Shown here: positions 23,133 through 35,212 of the stretch, one piece after another
How the letters are laid out: the number at the start of each line of letters is the position of its first letter
How positions within the stretch are numbered: position 1 is the stretch's first letter
Assembly: GCA_964504585.1 (NCBI GenBank)
Contig: CAZDEW010000003.1
Span: forward strand, 13,960 to 77,959
Direction: 5' to 3'
Source of the DNA: an uncultured Pseudomonadales bacterium
GTDB lineage: Bacteria; Pseudomonadota; Gammaproteobacteria; Pseudomonadales; UBA7434
Length of the DNA stretch: 64,000 nucleotides
Program-made: the position numbers and the translations under genes
Notes under the pieces: model-generated
What the model saw: the letters and a program-made list of their open reading frames with translations, nothing else
The model's database searches: none
Told to the model about the DNA's origin: nothing

Positions 23133-24509
23133 CTAAAAAAACCCAAGACCAACCTGAAAAAGCGCCTCAACGGCTGGAATCTGGTTTTTATCCGCCAGGA
23201 ATATGATGACGTGATCGTTGGGCTCGATCACGATATTCTTATGCGCGATGATGACTTCGCTTTCATTTCTGATAATCGCGCCGAATCTTACACCTTCCGG
23301 ACATGCTATTTCGTCCAGGCGGCGACCGACCACTTTTGAGCTTCTGCTGTCGCCATGCGCGACAATCTCCAGAGCCTCTGCTGCTCCTCTGCGGAGTGAG
23401 TGTACCGCTGCCATGTCGCCCCGCCTTACGTGCTTGAGCAAACTGCCGATAGTGATGATCTGCGGAGCAAACGCGATATCGATATTTACGCCCTGTATCA
23501 GATCGACGTACGCGGGGTTTGCAATCAGGGCAATGACTTTTCTGGCGCCTAGCTTCTTGGCGAGCAGGGAGGACATGATGTTTGCTTCATCGTCGCTAGT
23601 GAGAGCAATGAAGACATCAATCGTGTCTATGTTTTCCGCAACCAGAATATCCGAGTTTGAGGCGCTGCCGTGCAGTACCATCGATTTACTCAGGGTCTCA
23701 GAGAGATAATTTGCACGATCCTGATCCTGTTCGATGATTTTTACGCTGTATTTATTTTCTATTGCTAGCGCCAGACTCAAACCGAAACCGCCCCCTCCTG
23801 CAATCATAATTCGGTGGTAAGGCCGGCTAAGCTGCCCGAGTTCCTGCATAACGGGTCGAATGTTCTTTGCTGCCGCAATATAGAAGACCTCATCTTCAGG
23901 TTCAATTTCCGTTGTGCGCTTGGGCTCCAATGAGCGGCCGTCGCGAAAAACAGCAGCGACGCGGACATCCTGCTTAGGCGTCATCTTTTTTATGTCGTAA
24001 AGATTTTCGCCGATAAACTTGTCGCCCGCCTGTGCTCGAATCGCGACAAGCTGGGCTTTACCGTCCGCGAAATTGATTACCTGTAGCGTGCCCGGGTATT
24101 CAAGCAGTCCAGTTATAAACTGGGTAACCAGCTCCTCGGGAGAGATGATAACGTCGACGGGTATCGCGGCATCGTCAAACAGGCGCTTTTCTTCGGCGTA
24201 GTTGGTCGAGCGAATCCTGCAAATCTTGGTCGGAGTGTTGTAGAGGGTATGCGCAATCTGGCAGGCCATCATATTGATTTCATCGGAGCCCGTTACTGCT
24301 ACCAGGATGTCAGCATCTTCGATCCCAGCCTCACGCAAAGTGGATGGGTGGGCCGCGTGACCAGTGACCGTCGCAATGTCAAAACGCTCCGAGAGATCAC
24401 TGAGTCGCTTTGAATGACTATCGATAACAACCAGGTCAATCTTTTCCGATATCAGGCTCTCAACCAGGGCTGATCCGACCTGGCCCGCACCTAGAATAAC
24501 TATTTTCAT
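23133..24509 (-). CDS. trkA: Trk system NAD-binding component TrkA
   Basis: 458 aa, two RCK/Rossmann repeats (MKIVILGAGQVG..., IMIAGGGGFG...). Confidence 0.9.
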   Translation of the reverse strand: MKIVILGAGQVGSALVESLISEKIDLVVIDSHSKRLSDLSERFDIATVTGHAAHPSTLREAGIEDADILVAVTGSDEINMMACQIAHTLYNTPTKICRIRSTNYAEEKRLFDDAAIPVDVIISPEELVTQFITGLLEYPGTLQVINFADGKAQLVAIRAQAGDKFIGENLYDIKKMTPKQDVRVAAVFRDGRSLEPKRTTEIEPEDEVFYIAAAKNIRPVMQELGQLSRPYHRIMIAGGGGFGLSLALAIENKYSVKIIEQDQDRANYLSETLSKSMVLHGSASNSDILVAENIDTIDVFIALTSDDEANIMSSLLAKKLGARKVIALIANPAYVDLIQGVNIDIAFAPQIITIGSLLKHVRRGDMAAVHSLRRGAAEALEIVAHGDSRSSKVVGRRLDEIACPEGVRFGAIIRNESEVIIAHKNIVIEPNDHVIIFLADKNQIPAVEALFQVGLGFF

Positions 24510-24569
24510 GGTTCAGTCGGCATTGTCTTTAAGGGCTTCTTCCGGCTCAATTGACGCAATGTTGAGTCT

Positions 24570-25931
24570 CTAAGCAGCTGTCACTTTCTTTATTTTGGCA
24601 AAGAAAAAGCCATCGTTTTCAGCTTTGTTTGGTAGTAGTTGGCGTCCGAATTTCACCGCCCTGCCCCAGCCAGCCTCAATGTCTATCGAGATAGCATCGG
24701 CGTGTTTCTGTAGAAAGTAATCAACGACCGCGCTGTTCTCCTCAGGCAGTATGGAGCAAGTGCAATAGAGAAGTTCGCCGCCGATGGCGAGGCATGGCCA
24801 GAGTTTGCTGAGTAAGCTGGATTGTTGTGAAGCAAAGCCGGTGATGTCTCCTTGCCGCCTATGCAGTTTGATATCCGGGTGGCGGTTCATCACACCTGTG
24901 CCGGAGCAGGGTGCGTCAATGAGTATTTTGTCAAAGGGCACCCCGTCCCACCACGCTGCAACATCACAGGCGTCAGCAGCAATGACCTTAGCATGCTCAT
25001 CAGCACGCTCAAGGTTCTCTCTAACTTTGGTGAGCCGTTGCGCGCTTACGTCCAGAGCAGTCATATCGATCGTTTTGTTCGAGCTTTTGGCGCGTTGCAA
25101 AATGCCGAGTGTTTTGCCGCCGGGAGCGGAGCAGGCATCAAGTACTCTATCGCCATCGGCTGTCTCGAGTAATACAGCGGCCAGTTGTGCTCCGGCGTCT
25201 TGCACGCTCGCTTCGCCGGCAAAAAACCCCGGCAGTTTTTCAACGCTAACTCCCCGGTCTAATAGTATTGCGCGGTCAGAAATACGACTTGCAGTCGCAT
25301 CCAGTCCGGTGCTTGCCAGTTCGCTGAGATAGTTTTCGCGCTCATCGGCGGCTACTCGCAGCGCCATAACCGGAGCGGACCGGCTATGGTCGATGAGTTG
25401 CTCAAGTTCCATCGGCCAGCTTTGCTGCAGCTTGTGATAAAGCCAGGCAGGAAGGCTGCTCGCTTTTTCACTCGCAAGTTTCTTTCGCTGTATGAGCGTT
25501 TTTATCGATTGTTCACCAAGCATTTCGCCACTAGTAGTCGCAGCAAGATCTCTGGCAACGTTTCGCAGCACAGCGTTTGTAAGTCCACGCGCCCAGTCCT
25601 TGCCTAGCCTCTTGCAGCCATCGACGGTGGTCGAAATCGCAGCGTGGTCAGGGACACGCGTGTAGAGAAGCTGATAGCAACCTATCGCCAGGAGTGCTTT
25701 AACTTTCGGCTCTTTATTGGCGATTGGCTTCTTAAGGTAGCCCGAAAACAGGGCTTCCAAAAAAATAAACTCGCGCAGCGTGCCAAAGCAAAGCTCACGA
25801 TAGAGGGCGATATCCCTTGCCGTGGCATCCTCGAGTCTTGCCGGTAGTGTGGCGCCATCGAAAGGTTCTCCGCTCAATGTTCTAGCTATAACCAGCGCGC
25901 TCTCGGCTCGAATATTCAGCTGCTTACCCAT
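24570..25931 (-). CDS. rsmB: 16S rRNA (cytosine967-C5)-methyltransferase
   Basis: 453 aa, N-terminal NusB-like domain plus SAM MTase (VLDACSAPGGKT...DAPCSGTGV). def-fmt-rsmB-trkA synteny. Confidence 0.9.
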   Translation of the reverse strand: MGKQLNIRAESALVIARTLSGEPFDGATLPARLEDATARDIALYRELCFGTLREFIFLEALFSGYLKKPIANKEPKVKALLAIGCYQLLYTRVPDHAAISTTVDGCKRLGKDWARGLTNAVLRNVARDLAATTSGEMLGEQSIKTLIQRKKLASEKASSLPAWLYHKLQQSWPMELEQLIDHSRSAPVMALRVAADERENYLSELASTGLDATASRISDRAILLDRGVSVEKLPGFFAGEASVQDAGAQLAAVLLETADGDRVLDACSAPGGKTLGILQRAKSSNKTIDMTALDVSAQRLTKVRENLERADEHAKVIAADACDVAAWWDGVPFDKILIDAPCSGTGVMNRHPDIKLHRRQGDITGFASQQSSLLSKLWPCLAIGGELLYCTCSILPEENSAVVDYFLQKHADAISIDIEAGWGRAVKFGRQLLPNKAENDGFFFAKIKKVTAA

Positions 25932-25953
25932 GAAAAAACCTAATGTTTGTCAT

Positions 25954-26937
25954 TCATGAGAACAGTTCACCAACGACAAACAAGCCGCTTTTTCCGTTCA
26001 GGATGTCTGCAACTGACAGATCTTTTTTGCCGGGGAGTTGCAGTCGGGTGATGGATAGTACGGAGAGAGAGCTGCCATAACCGCAGCGAACATGGAGCGC
26101 ATTTTTTTCTATGTGAACAATCTCTCCAGCCTGCGTTCCCTCTATCTCGCCCTTATCTAGCGAGTAGCCCGATTCCGATGCCTCAGTAATTTTGATTCGC
26201 TCTGCGTTATACGTTGCAAAGCACGCCAATGCGGAGGTAAGCGCGCGGATTTTTCTGGCGGTATCCACAGCCGACTCTTCCCAGTTCAGCTGGCCCTCTA
26301 CCTTTTCGAGCTTTGCTGCGTAGCTGCTTATACGCTCATCCTGCTGCTCAGCTTCGAGTGTATTGCGATGAAGGTGTCTGATGGTCTCGATGATCAAAGG
26401 TTTGCCGAGCTGAGAGAGCTTCTCGCGCAAACTGTCCCCGGTTTCATTTGCATCGATGCGACAACTCGCTTTCAAAAGCATGTCGCCGGTATCAAGCCCC
26501 TTGTCCATTTGCATGATGGTGACGCCTGTCTCTTTATCTCCGGCCAGTATTGCCCGCTCTATTGGCGCCGCACCTCGCCAGCGAGGCAGCAGTGAGGCAT
26601 GAATATTGATACAGCCATACCGGGGTATTTCTAGAACTTCTTCAGGTAGTAGCAGGCCGTAGGCAGCCACAATCATAAGGTCTGCTTCAAGCGCTCTAAG
26701 CACTCCTTGCGCATCTTCATGGCGCAAAGACTCCGGTTGCAAGACCGGAATGTTGTTGTTCAGCGCAAGCTGTTTCACCGGTGATGGCAGCAGACGTTTG
26801 CCGCGACCGGCGCGACGGTCTGGCTGTGTATACACGGCTACTATAGAGGACTGCTCCGCCTCAGCGGGTAGAGCTTTAATAAGGTGTTGCAGGTGATCGG
26901 CGGCAAATTGAGGGGTGCCAGCAAATACGATGCGCAA
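25954..26937 (-). CDS. fmt: methionyl-tRNA formyltransferase
   Basis: MRIVFAGTPQFAA...INIHASLLPRWRGAAPI motifs. Confidence 0.93.
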   Translation of the reverse strand: MRIVFAGTPQFAADHLQHLIKALPAEAEQSSIVAVYTQPDRRAGRGKRLLPSPVKQLALNNNIPVLQPESLRHEDAQGVLRALEADLMIVAAYGLLLPEEVLEIPRYGCINIHASLLPRWRGAAPIERAILAGDKETGVTIMQMDKGLDTGDMLLKASCRIDANETGDSLREKLSQLGKPLIIETIRHLHRNTLEAEQQDERISSYAAKLEKVEGQLNWEESAVDTARKIRALTSALACFATYNAERIKITEASESGYSLDKGEIEGTQAGEIVHIEKNALHVRCGYGSSLSVLSITRLQLPGKKDLSVADILNGKSGLFVVGELFS

Positions 26938-27008
26938 GGTGCTATCCCAGAAGTATTGGTTTTGCGAGTCTATACCGGGGCTGATAAAAGGTTTTCAGGC
27001 TACAGCAC

Positions 27009-27512
27009 TCAAGCAAGCCTGCGCTCTTTTTGCAGTTTTTGCTTAATTCGATTGCGTTTGAGTGCAGACAGGTAATCGACAAAGAGCTTGCCTTTTAGAT
27101 GGTCCATTTCGTGCTGTATGCAGACGGCCAGTAAGCCCTCGGGTTCGATCTCAAATGCTTCACCGCTGGCGTCCTGAGCGCTAACTTTGACTCGCTGCGG
27201 GCGTTTAATGTCTTCGTAGTAACCGGGCACAGAAAGGCAGCCTTCGCGATACTCGTGTAGATTCTTATCGATTATCTCGAACGATGGATTAATAAAGACC
27301 AGGGGCTCGTTTCTTTCGTCGGACACATCGATCACGATGACCTGTTTATGCACATCGACCTGTGTGGCTGCCAGACCAATTCCCTCGGCTTCATACATGG
27401 TTTCGATCATGTCGGAGACGAGCTGCTCGATAGACTCATCGAAAACTGTGACGGGCTTCGCAACGGTTCTGAGTCTTGGATCCGGAAACTCGAGTATTTC
27501 GAGGGTGGCCAT
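27009..27512 (-). CDS. def: peptide deformylase
   Basis: 167 aa with [14 protein letters not shown] and QHEMDH motifs. Confidence 0.95.
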   Translation of the reverse strand: MATLEILEFPDPRLRTVAKPVTVFDESIEQLVSDMIETMYEAEGIGLAATQVDVHKQVIVIDVSDERNEPLVFINPSFEIIDKNLHEYREGCLSVPGYYEDIKRPQRVKVSAQDASGEAFEIEPEGLLAVCIQHEMDHLKGKLFVDYLSALKRNRIKQKLQKERRLA

Positions 27513-27865
27513 AGTCTGGGTTGTCCTGATTGTTCTCGATGGGCTGCATTATTACAGAGCGCCGAATGTCTGGCACGATTGTCACTGCGACGGCAACCAA
27601 CAAGGAGTCGAGACCGCGGTCACTGAAAACGCTCACAAATCCACACTTGAATCGCTAAAAAACTATCAATATCCGACATTTATGCGATTTTCCAAGCGCT
27701 GGCGCCAAACTGACTGCTATATTATACGGAAGCGTTTTTTTGGGTCTCGCTCAAATGCGTGAAAAATAACCGACTCCGCGAGGAGGTCTGCAGGGTGCTC
27801 AAGAGCGGCTTGTTGTCATCCAGCGAAGGGTTTTAGATTTGGATCTGACGAAGGATTCTCTCCTG

Positions 27866-28924
27866 ATGCGTAAACGATCAATTTCACTTACCGTGGGTCT
27901 CGCCCGCTCTCTGCGCGATTTTTTGCTCATTGGCAGTTTTTGCGCGACCGTATTCGCGCAGCCTCAGCTACGCAGCGACTACCCGAGCACGTACACGGTC
28001 AAACCCGGCGATACGCTGTGGGACATATCGGCTCTTTATCTGGAGAGCCCATGGCTTTGGCCGGAAATCTGGCAGGTTAATCCACAGATTAATAACCCGC
28101 ATCTGATCTACCCCGGTGATCGCCTCGCGCTAGTTTACGTCGATGGTAAGCCGCGACTCGTTATCAATCGTGCGGGCGAGATCAAACTTAGTCCGCAGAT
28201 GAGAGTTTCCGAGCTCGATTCTGGCATTCCAGCGATTCCATTGGAAGTCATTAGCCCCTTCCTGTCGCGTAGCAGAGTGTTTGAACGGGGCGCGCTGGAT
28301 GTGGCAGCCTACATTATTGCTGGCCCTGACAGCCGCATATTGACGTCTGCAGGCGAGAAGTTCTATGGGCGCGGGGAGCTGCAAGGCGAGGGCCGTATGT
28401 ACGGTATCTACCGCGAGGGTGATCGTTACCGCGACCCGGAAACTCGTGAAGACCTGGGCCAGCAAGCGCTCGAAATCGGCACAGCAAGAATTCTGCGTTT
28501 TCCCAATGAGGAGGGCGTGTTTACAGGCCAAATAAATACCTCGGAGGAAGAGATCCGCAAGAGCGACCGTCTACTCCCATTTGGTGACGAAGACGTTGCG
28601 GCGAGCTTTTACCCCAAAGCCCCATCGGTTGAAGTGGATGGTGTGATAATCGGTGTAGAAGGTGGCGTCTCCAGTATCGGGAGGTATGACGTCGTCACAA
28701 TAAATCGCGGAGCTAGAGAGGGTATTGAAGCCGGTGATGTGATGTCAGTTCTGAGAGCCGGCGGCAAGGTGCGTGATACGGTTGCGCGCGAAACGGTTAC
28801 CTTGCCGGACGAGCGTGCGGGTTTGATGATCGTTTTCAAGGTCTTTGAAAAAGTCTCTTATGGTCTGGTTTTAGAGGCGAATAAGCCCCTCTCCATTTAT
28901 GACAAGGTGGGCAACCCGTCATAA
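27866..28924 (+). CDS. LysM peptidoglycan-binding protein (TsaP-like, upstream of dprA as in Pseudomonas)
   Basis: Signal peptide then LysM motif YTVKPGDTLWDISALYL. ATG at 27866 has AAGGA upstream. Conserved position next to dprA. Confidence 0.7.
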   Translation: MRKRSISLTVGLARSLRDFLLIGSFCATVFAQPQLRSDYPSTYTVKPGDTLWDISALYLESPWLWPEIWQVNPQINNPHLIYPGDRLALVYVDGKPRLVINRAGEIKLSPQMRVSELDSGIPAIPLEVISPFLSRSRVFERGALDVAAYIIAGPDSRILTSAGEKFYGRGELQGEGRMYGIYREGDRYRDPETREDLGQQALEIGTARILRFPNEEGVFTGQINTSEEEIRKSDRLLPFGDEDVAASFYPKAPSVEVDGVIIGVEGGVSSIGRYDVVTINRGAREGIEAGDVMSVLRAGGKVRDTVARETVTLPDERAGLMIVFKVFEKVSYGLVLEANKPLSIYDKVGNPS

Positions 28925-28947
28925 AAGAACCCGCAGTGATTGATTGG

Positions 28948-28977
28948 AAAACCCGGCTATCAGCCGGGTTTTTTTTC
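28948..28977 (+). terminator. Rho-independent terminator after the LysM gene
   Basis: acccggc-tatca-gccgggt stem-loop followed by a T8 run. Confidence 0.75.
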
Positions 28978-29083
28978 GATGAAAAATATAGGTGCGCTAC
29001 CTTTCCAGTGCTAGGCATTGCGTTGACCCTCTCCTGTTCGACCGGTATAAGGATTGCCGGATCGCAAAAGGAGGATCGCCGTT

Positions 29084-30322
29084 ATGGAAAACAGCGAAGC
29101 GCTAGAGTCTGCTGCTCATGATAGCCACCCATCGACTTGTCAGTACGCAGTTCGTGCCTTGGATGCCGAGCAGCTGTTGCTGTTGATAGCCATACAGTTT
29201 GTGCCCGGCGTCGGCGCAAAGATACTGCAGGGACTGCTCGATGCCCCGGATTCAATTGATGCCCTGCTGCAAGGTTCTGGGCCGGTGGCGTATTGGGCAG
29301 AAAAAGCCGGAGCGAGAGCTAAATCGAACCTGCTTGGTTTTCTCAAAAATCCCCGTCAGGCACCTGAGTGGGAGGCAGCCGCACGCACTCTGGATTGGCT
29401 GAAGCGCAACCGGGGCGGCGTCACCTATCGGGGCGCAGAGGATTATCCACCTGCGCTGGACCGCATCGATGATCCGCCGCCCCTCTTATACTGGCAGGGC
29501 AATGTACTAGCACTCTCAGCGCCTTCTATCTCAATTGTAGGAACCCGTCGCCCCACGCCTCTGGGTCGCTCCGTCGCTGCGAGATTGGCTAGCGAGCTAG
29601 CCGAATCTGGTTTTAGTATTGTGAGCGGGCTTGCGATGGGCATTGATGCCAGTGCGCACCGTGCTGCGCTGGATTGCGCGGGTCAAACAGTCGCTGTCCT
29701 ACCCTCTGGGCTAGACAGGCCCGCGCCATCCATCAATCAACAGCTCGCGCGCGATATAGTATCTGGTGGCAGCGGTTGCCTTGTCAGCGAACTGCCGCTA
29801 TCGACCCCACCCAGCAAAGGCTATTATCCTCGACGGAATCGGATCGTTTCGGGTTTGAGCTCTGCAGTAATAGTTGTAGAGGCAGAAATTAAGAGCGGCA
29901 CACTAATCACCGCCAGACTGGCCCTCGAACAAAACCGTGAGGTTTTTGCCGTGCCGGGCTCCCTCGCCAACCCGCTTACGAAAGGTTGCCACAAGTTGAT
30001 AAAAGAAGGCGCTGCCCTGATTGAGAGCTCCGGTGATGTTTTAGAGGCGATTGCCGGATTCACCCAGCGACCCATAGAGCCGGAGCGCCCAAACAACATA
30101 GTCAATCCTGGTGGTAGCCTAAGTGCGGAACAGCAGCGGCTATTGGGCCTGCTTGATGATACGCCCGAAGCTTTTGAGCTCATTGCCGAGCGTAGTCATT
30201 TGAGTTTGATGGCGCTCACTGAAGCCCTGCTTGATCTCGAGCTCTTGGGCTACGTGGTCTCTGATGCAGGTTGCTATGCAAGAGCTCGCCAGTTGGATGA
30301 TCCTTCCATCGAATCGGTATAA
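29084..30322 (+). CDS. dprA: DNA-processing protein DprA (Smf)
   Basis: Rossmann-like DprA core (SIVGTRRPTPLG...IVSGLAMGIDASAHRAAL...GTLITARLALEQNREVFAVPG). ATG at 29084 is preceded by AAAGGAGG at 29067..29074. Confidence 0.87.
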   Translation: MENSEALESAAHDSHPSTCQYAVRALDAEQLLLLIAIQFVPGVGAKILQGLLDAPDSIDALLQGSGPVAYWAEKAGARAKSNLLGFLKNPRQAPEWEAAARTLDWLKRNRGGVTYRGAEDYPPALDRIDDPPPLLYWQGNVLALSAPSISIVGTRRPTPLGRSVAARLASELAESGFSIVSGLAMGIDASAHRAALDCAGQTVAVLPSGLDRPAPSINQQLARDIVSGGSGCLVSELPLSTPPSKGYYPRRNRIVSGLSSAVIVVEAEIKSGTLITARLALEQNREVFAVPGSLANPLTKGCHKLIKEGAALIESSGDVLEAIAGFTQRPIEPERPNNIVNPGGSLSAEQQRLLGLLDDTPEAFELIAERSHLSLMALTEALLDLELLGYVVSDAGCYARARQLDDPSIESV

Positions 30323-30418
30323 GATCGCCTGATGGGGAGCGATAGAGCGCTTTCCTGAATGGCCGCTGCCAAATACCGGAGGCAGTGCGGCAGCAAAGAC
30401 AGCGGAGTGATATGTGCT

Positions 30419-32007
<1,589 letters not shown>

Positions 32008-32032
32008 ATTGGTTTGGTAGCGAGTTCGAGTT

Positions 32033-32899
32033 TTGAAAATTAATGATAGCGTTGTAGATCGCGACACCTATGCGGTTGTAGGCGATCCGATCGATCACAG
32101 TCTGTCGCCAGCGATACATCAGTTATTCGCAGAACAATGCGGTGTTGCACTGCGTTATGAGCGGTGGCACCTGAGTGCGGAGAATTTCGAACAAAGCGTA
32201 GTCGCTTTTTTTGAAAATGGTGGCGGTGGCCTTAACATTACAGCGCCGCATAAATTGCGCGCGTTCCGGCTCTGTTCTACCGTTGCCAACCGCGCCAGCC
32301 TCTCTGAGGCTGCTAACACGCTTTTTTCATCTCAGGATGGTATTGCCGGTGACAACACGGATGGCAAGGGTTTGCTCTCCGATATAGATCGTCTTGGTTG
32401 GCCAGTTGCCGGTCAGCGTATTCTGCTTGTTGGTGCGGGAGGTGCTGTGCGAGGTGTGCTCTCCTCACTACTTGAGGCTGATCCTCAGCAGGTCGTGATT
32501 GTGAACAGAACCGCTGAAAAGGCGAGTCAGTTAGCTGAGATGTTTATCGCCAACAAGCAGGTGGAACATGCTGCACCAATTGTTGCTGCAGGTCTCGATT
32601 ATTCCGATGCGCCTTTCGATCTGGTCATAAACGGAACCAGTGCGGCTTACGGGAATGCAGCGCCAGATATTGATATGCGCCTGCTATCAGGCGCTAATTG
32701 CTACGACATGATGTACGGCAAGGAACTCACGCCGTTTTTATCAGCGGCAAGGGATGGCGGCGCAAAGGCGCTAGCTGACGGGTTGGGGATGTTGGTGGGT
32801 CAGGCGGCTGAATCCTTTTTTATCTGGCTAAATAAAGAGCCAGACATCGAGCCCGTTATTGCGCAGATCCGTGAACGAATTAGCCAAACTAGCGAGTAG
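32033..32899 (+). CDS. aroE: shikimate dehydrogenase
   Basis: YAVVGDPIDHSLSPAIH, NITAPHK, GDNTDG and GAGGA motifs. TTG start, N-terminus uncertain. Confidence 0.88.
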   Translation: MKINDSVVDRDTYAVVGDPIDHSLSPAIHQLFAEQCGVALRYERWHLSAENFEQSVVAFFENGGGGLNITAPHKLRAFRLCSTVANRASLSEAANTLFSSQDGIAGDNTDGKGLLSDIDRLGWPVAGQRILLVGAGGAVRGVLSSLLEADPQQVVIVNRTAEKASQLAEMFIANKQVEHAAPIVAAGLDYSDAPFDLVINGTSAAYGNAAPDIDMRLLSGANCYDMMYGKELTPFLSAARDGGAKALADGLGMLVGQAAESFFIWLNKEPDIEPVIAQIRERISQTSE

Positions 32900-32913
32900 A
32901 TGGAATCCTAGCA

Positions 32914-34017
32914 ATGAGCCATGAATTATTGTTCCGCGCCATCGATCTTCCTAATCTATCTCTGAGAAATCGCTTGGTCATGGCCCCAATGACCCGCAGC
33001 AAGGCTGCTGGCGGGGTATTGAAGCAGTCGAATATTGACTATTACAGTCGTCGTGCTGAGGGCGGCATCGGGCTGATTATCAGTGAGGGCGCGTGCATAA
33101 ATCACGACGCAGCTTCAGGGTATCCTGATGTGCCTTTCATTGGACGCGACGATACGCTTGAGGGCTGGAAACAGTTAGCCGCTACTTTGAAAACTTTCGA
33201 TACCGCGCTCATGCCACAGTTATGGCACGTGGGAGGTGTTAGAAAGCCCGGAGTGGAGCCCGGCGGAAAGCTTCCCGGCTATAGTCCCTCCGGTCTGGCA
33301 GCACCGCATAAAATGGTCGGCAAGGCGATGGATCTTGAGGATATTGAACAAACAATCCAGGCTTACGCAGACGCCGCCTTGCAGGCCAGGCAAGCGGGCT
33401 GTGCGGGTGTTGAAATACATGGTGCTCACGGATATCTAATCGACCAGTTTTTCTGGTCAGAAACGAATTTACGCAAGGATCGCTACGGTGGCGATTTGCA
33501 GTCTCGATCAACGTTTGCGATCGAGGTTATAGCGGCTATCAGGCGCGCAGTCGGGGCTGATTTTGCAATTAGCTTCAGGTTCTCGCAATGGAAGCAACAA
33601 GATTACAGCGCGAGATTGTGCCAAACGCCGGAAGAATTGGGGCGGTTTGTACGACCACTGGCCGAGGCCGGTGTCGATATATTTCACTGCTCCACACGGC
33701 GTTTCTGGGAGCCAGAGTTCGAGGGCTCTCCGCTCAACCTTGCAGGATGGGTTAAACAACTAACGGGCAAGCCCACAATTACTGTTGGCAGTGTTGGGCT
33801 GAATGCCGATTTTCTGCCACGATCTGGGGGAGAAGCATTTCGCGAAGCAGGAGCAGCCGATCTCGACGAATTGATGTCCCGATTGCACAGGGATGAGTTT
33901 GACTTAGTGGGCGTTGGTCGGGCACTCATCGCGAATCCGGATTGGGCAAACAAAGTGCGTGACGGCAGATTTTCTGAGCTTGAAGGCTTTAGCCAGACAA
34001 TGCTTGGCTCACTCTAA
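32914..34017 (+). CDS. NADH:flavin oxidoreductase, Old Yellow Enzyme family
   Basis: LRNRLVMAPMTRS..., GVEIHGAHGYLIDQF, DLVGVGRALIANPDW. Confidence 0.8.
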   Translation: MSHELLFRAIDLPNLSLRNRLVMAPMTRSKAAGGVLKQSNIDYYSRRAEGGIGLIISEGACINHDAASGYPDVPFIGRDDTLEGWKQLAATLKTFDTALMPQLWHVGGVRKPGVEPGGKLPGYSPSGLAAPHKMVGKAMDLEDIEQTIQAYADAALQARQAGCAGVEIHGAHGYLIDQFFWSETNLRKDRYGGDLQSRSTFAIEVIAAIRRAVGADFAISFRFSQWKQQDYSARLCQTPEELGRFVRPLAEAGVDIFHCSTRRFWEPEFEGSPLNLAGWVKQLTGKPTITVGSVGLNADFLPRSGGEAFREAGAADLDELMSRLHRDEFDLVGVGRALIANPDWANKVRDGRFSELEGFSQTMLGSL

Positions 34018-34029
34018 TCAGATAGGCAG

Positions 34030-34632
34030 GTGCTAACAGTGAAAGAGTGCTTTATGCGCTATATCCAGAGCCTTGGTGTCGATGCTGACATACCACCATG
34101 GAGTGGTTATATGCCCGACAAAACTTTGCGCAATGGACAGCAGTTTTTTGATCTGCCCACAGCGGTCAGGGCGCTACTAATCGCCGATGGTACGGTTACG
34201 ATGGCTTTGGAGGCGATATACAAGGAAGCGATCAAGGTTGAGCTCAGCGATCAGAGTATGATGCTTCTAGACAGTGATGTCCCGCTACTGGGCTTGAAGG
34301 CTGGGCATCAAGTGTTTTACAGAGAGGTTGGGCTACGAGGTGAACGCAGCAATCGTCGCTACGTGAGTGCGTATTCGCTTCTGAAGGAGGGTGCCTTATC
34401 GCCAGAGCTCTGGGAGCGCTTGCGAAATCGGGAAGTAGGTATGGGCGTCATCCTTCGAAATGCTTCGCAGGGGAGTTTTAGACGCGTCCTGCACATCGAT
34501 ACCGGTGACCTTATCGACCAACAGGATGCGAATAAGGTTCACCGCACTTACAGCGTCACCATCGACGATCAACCCGCTATTTTGATTACCGAAGTTTTTT
34601 CGCTAAAGGCGCTTGGCGAAATAGAACGATAG
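34030..34632 (+). CDS. chorismate pyruvate-lyase-like (DUF98/UbiC-fold) protein, tentative
   Basis: Motif LLIADGTVTMALEAI resembles the LLtsDGS.T..LE signature of the chorismate lyase/UTRA fold. Start is GTG at 34030 or ATG at 34054. Confidence 0.4.
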   Translation: MLTVKECFMRYIQSLGVDADIPPWSGYMPDKTLRNGQQFFDLPTAVRALLIADGTVTMALEAIYKEAIKVELSDQSMMLLDSDVPLLGLKAGHQVFYREVGLRGERSNRRYVSAYSLLKEGALSPELWERLRNREVGMGVILRNASQGSFRRVLHIDTGDLIDQQDANKVHRTYSVTIDDQPAILITEVFSLKALGEIER

Positions 34633-34668
34633 AATTGCTCGGCCATCATGGAGTAAATCAAAGGCTCC

Positions 34669-35058
34669 CTAGTTTGAGATGCTGCGGGTGCGCCCCTGAG
34701 AATCGAGAGCCACTAACACGAAAAGACCTTCAGTCACCTTCAGCTTCCCCTCCTCGTTTTCGATCCAGACTTCTACAAATACCTGAATAGAACTCCGCCC
34801 TACCTTTACGATTTTGGTATAGAGGCTAACGAGGTCGCCGACCTGAATTGGAATAAGGAAGCTCATATTGTCCGCAGCGACGGTGATAACGCGACCTGCC
34901 GCGACTTTGCCCGCTGCAATAGTCGCCGCTGTATCCATTTGCGATACTAGCCAGCCACAGCTGATATCCCCATAGCTGTTGGTGTCTCTGGGCAACACCG
35001 GTAGTTGCAGTGAAAGCTCGCCATCCGGCAAGGGGTTTTCATCATTCTTCGGGTTCAT
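34669..35058 (-). CDS. acyl-CoA thioesterase (hotdog fold, YciA-like)
   Basis: 129 aa. DTNSYGDISCGWLVSQMD...MSFLIPIQVGDLV is typical of 4HBT/YciA thioesterases. Confidence 0.7.
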   Translation of the reverse strand: MNPKNDENPLPDGELSLQLPVLPRDTNSYGDISCGWLVSQMDTAATIAAGKVAAGRVITVAADNMSFLIPIQVGDLVSLYTKIVKVGRSSIQVFVEVWIENEEGKLKVTEGLFVLVALDSQGRTRSISN

Positions 35059-35212
35059 GACTGCTTAGTCTCCCTTCCTTACTGTGTTATCTGTATGGCT
35101 GGCTAGTTACTACAGCCCGAACTGCTGCAAGCTTTTTTTGCCACGCTTATAGCAAGTTTGCCCCCGCCGCAACAATAGCTTACATCACCCTGCGGCTCAT
35201 TATAGACCACCT

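Noticed and set aside
27513-27865. Coding or sRNA potential in the 350-bp def / LysM divergent intergenic region (ORFs 27337..27762, 27348..27626, 27436..27636).
   Set aside because: The ORFs partly overlap def, have no RBS or family signal, and I saw no terminator or conserved structure. This is most simply a divergent promoter region.
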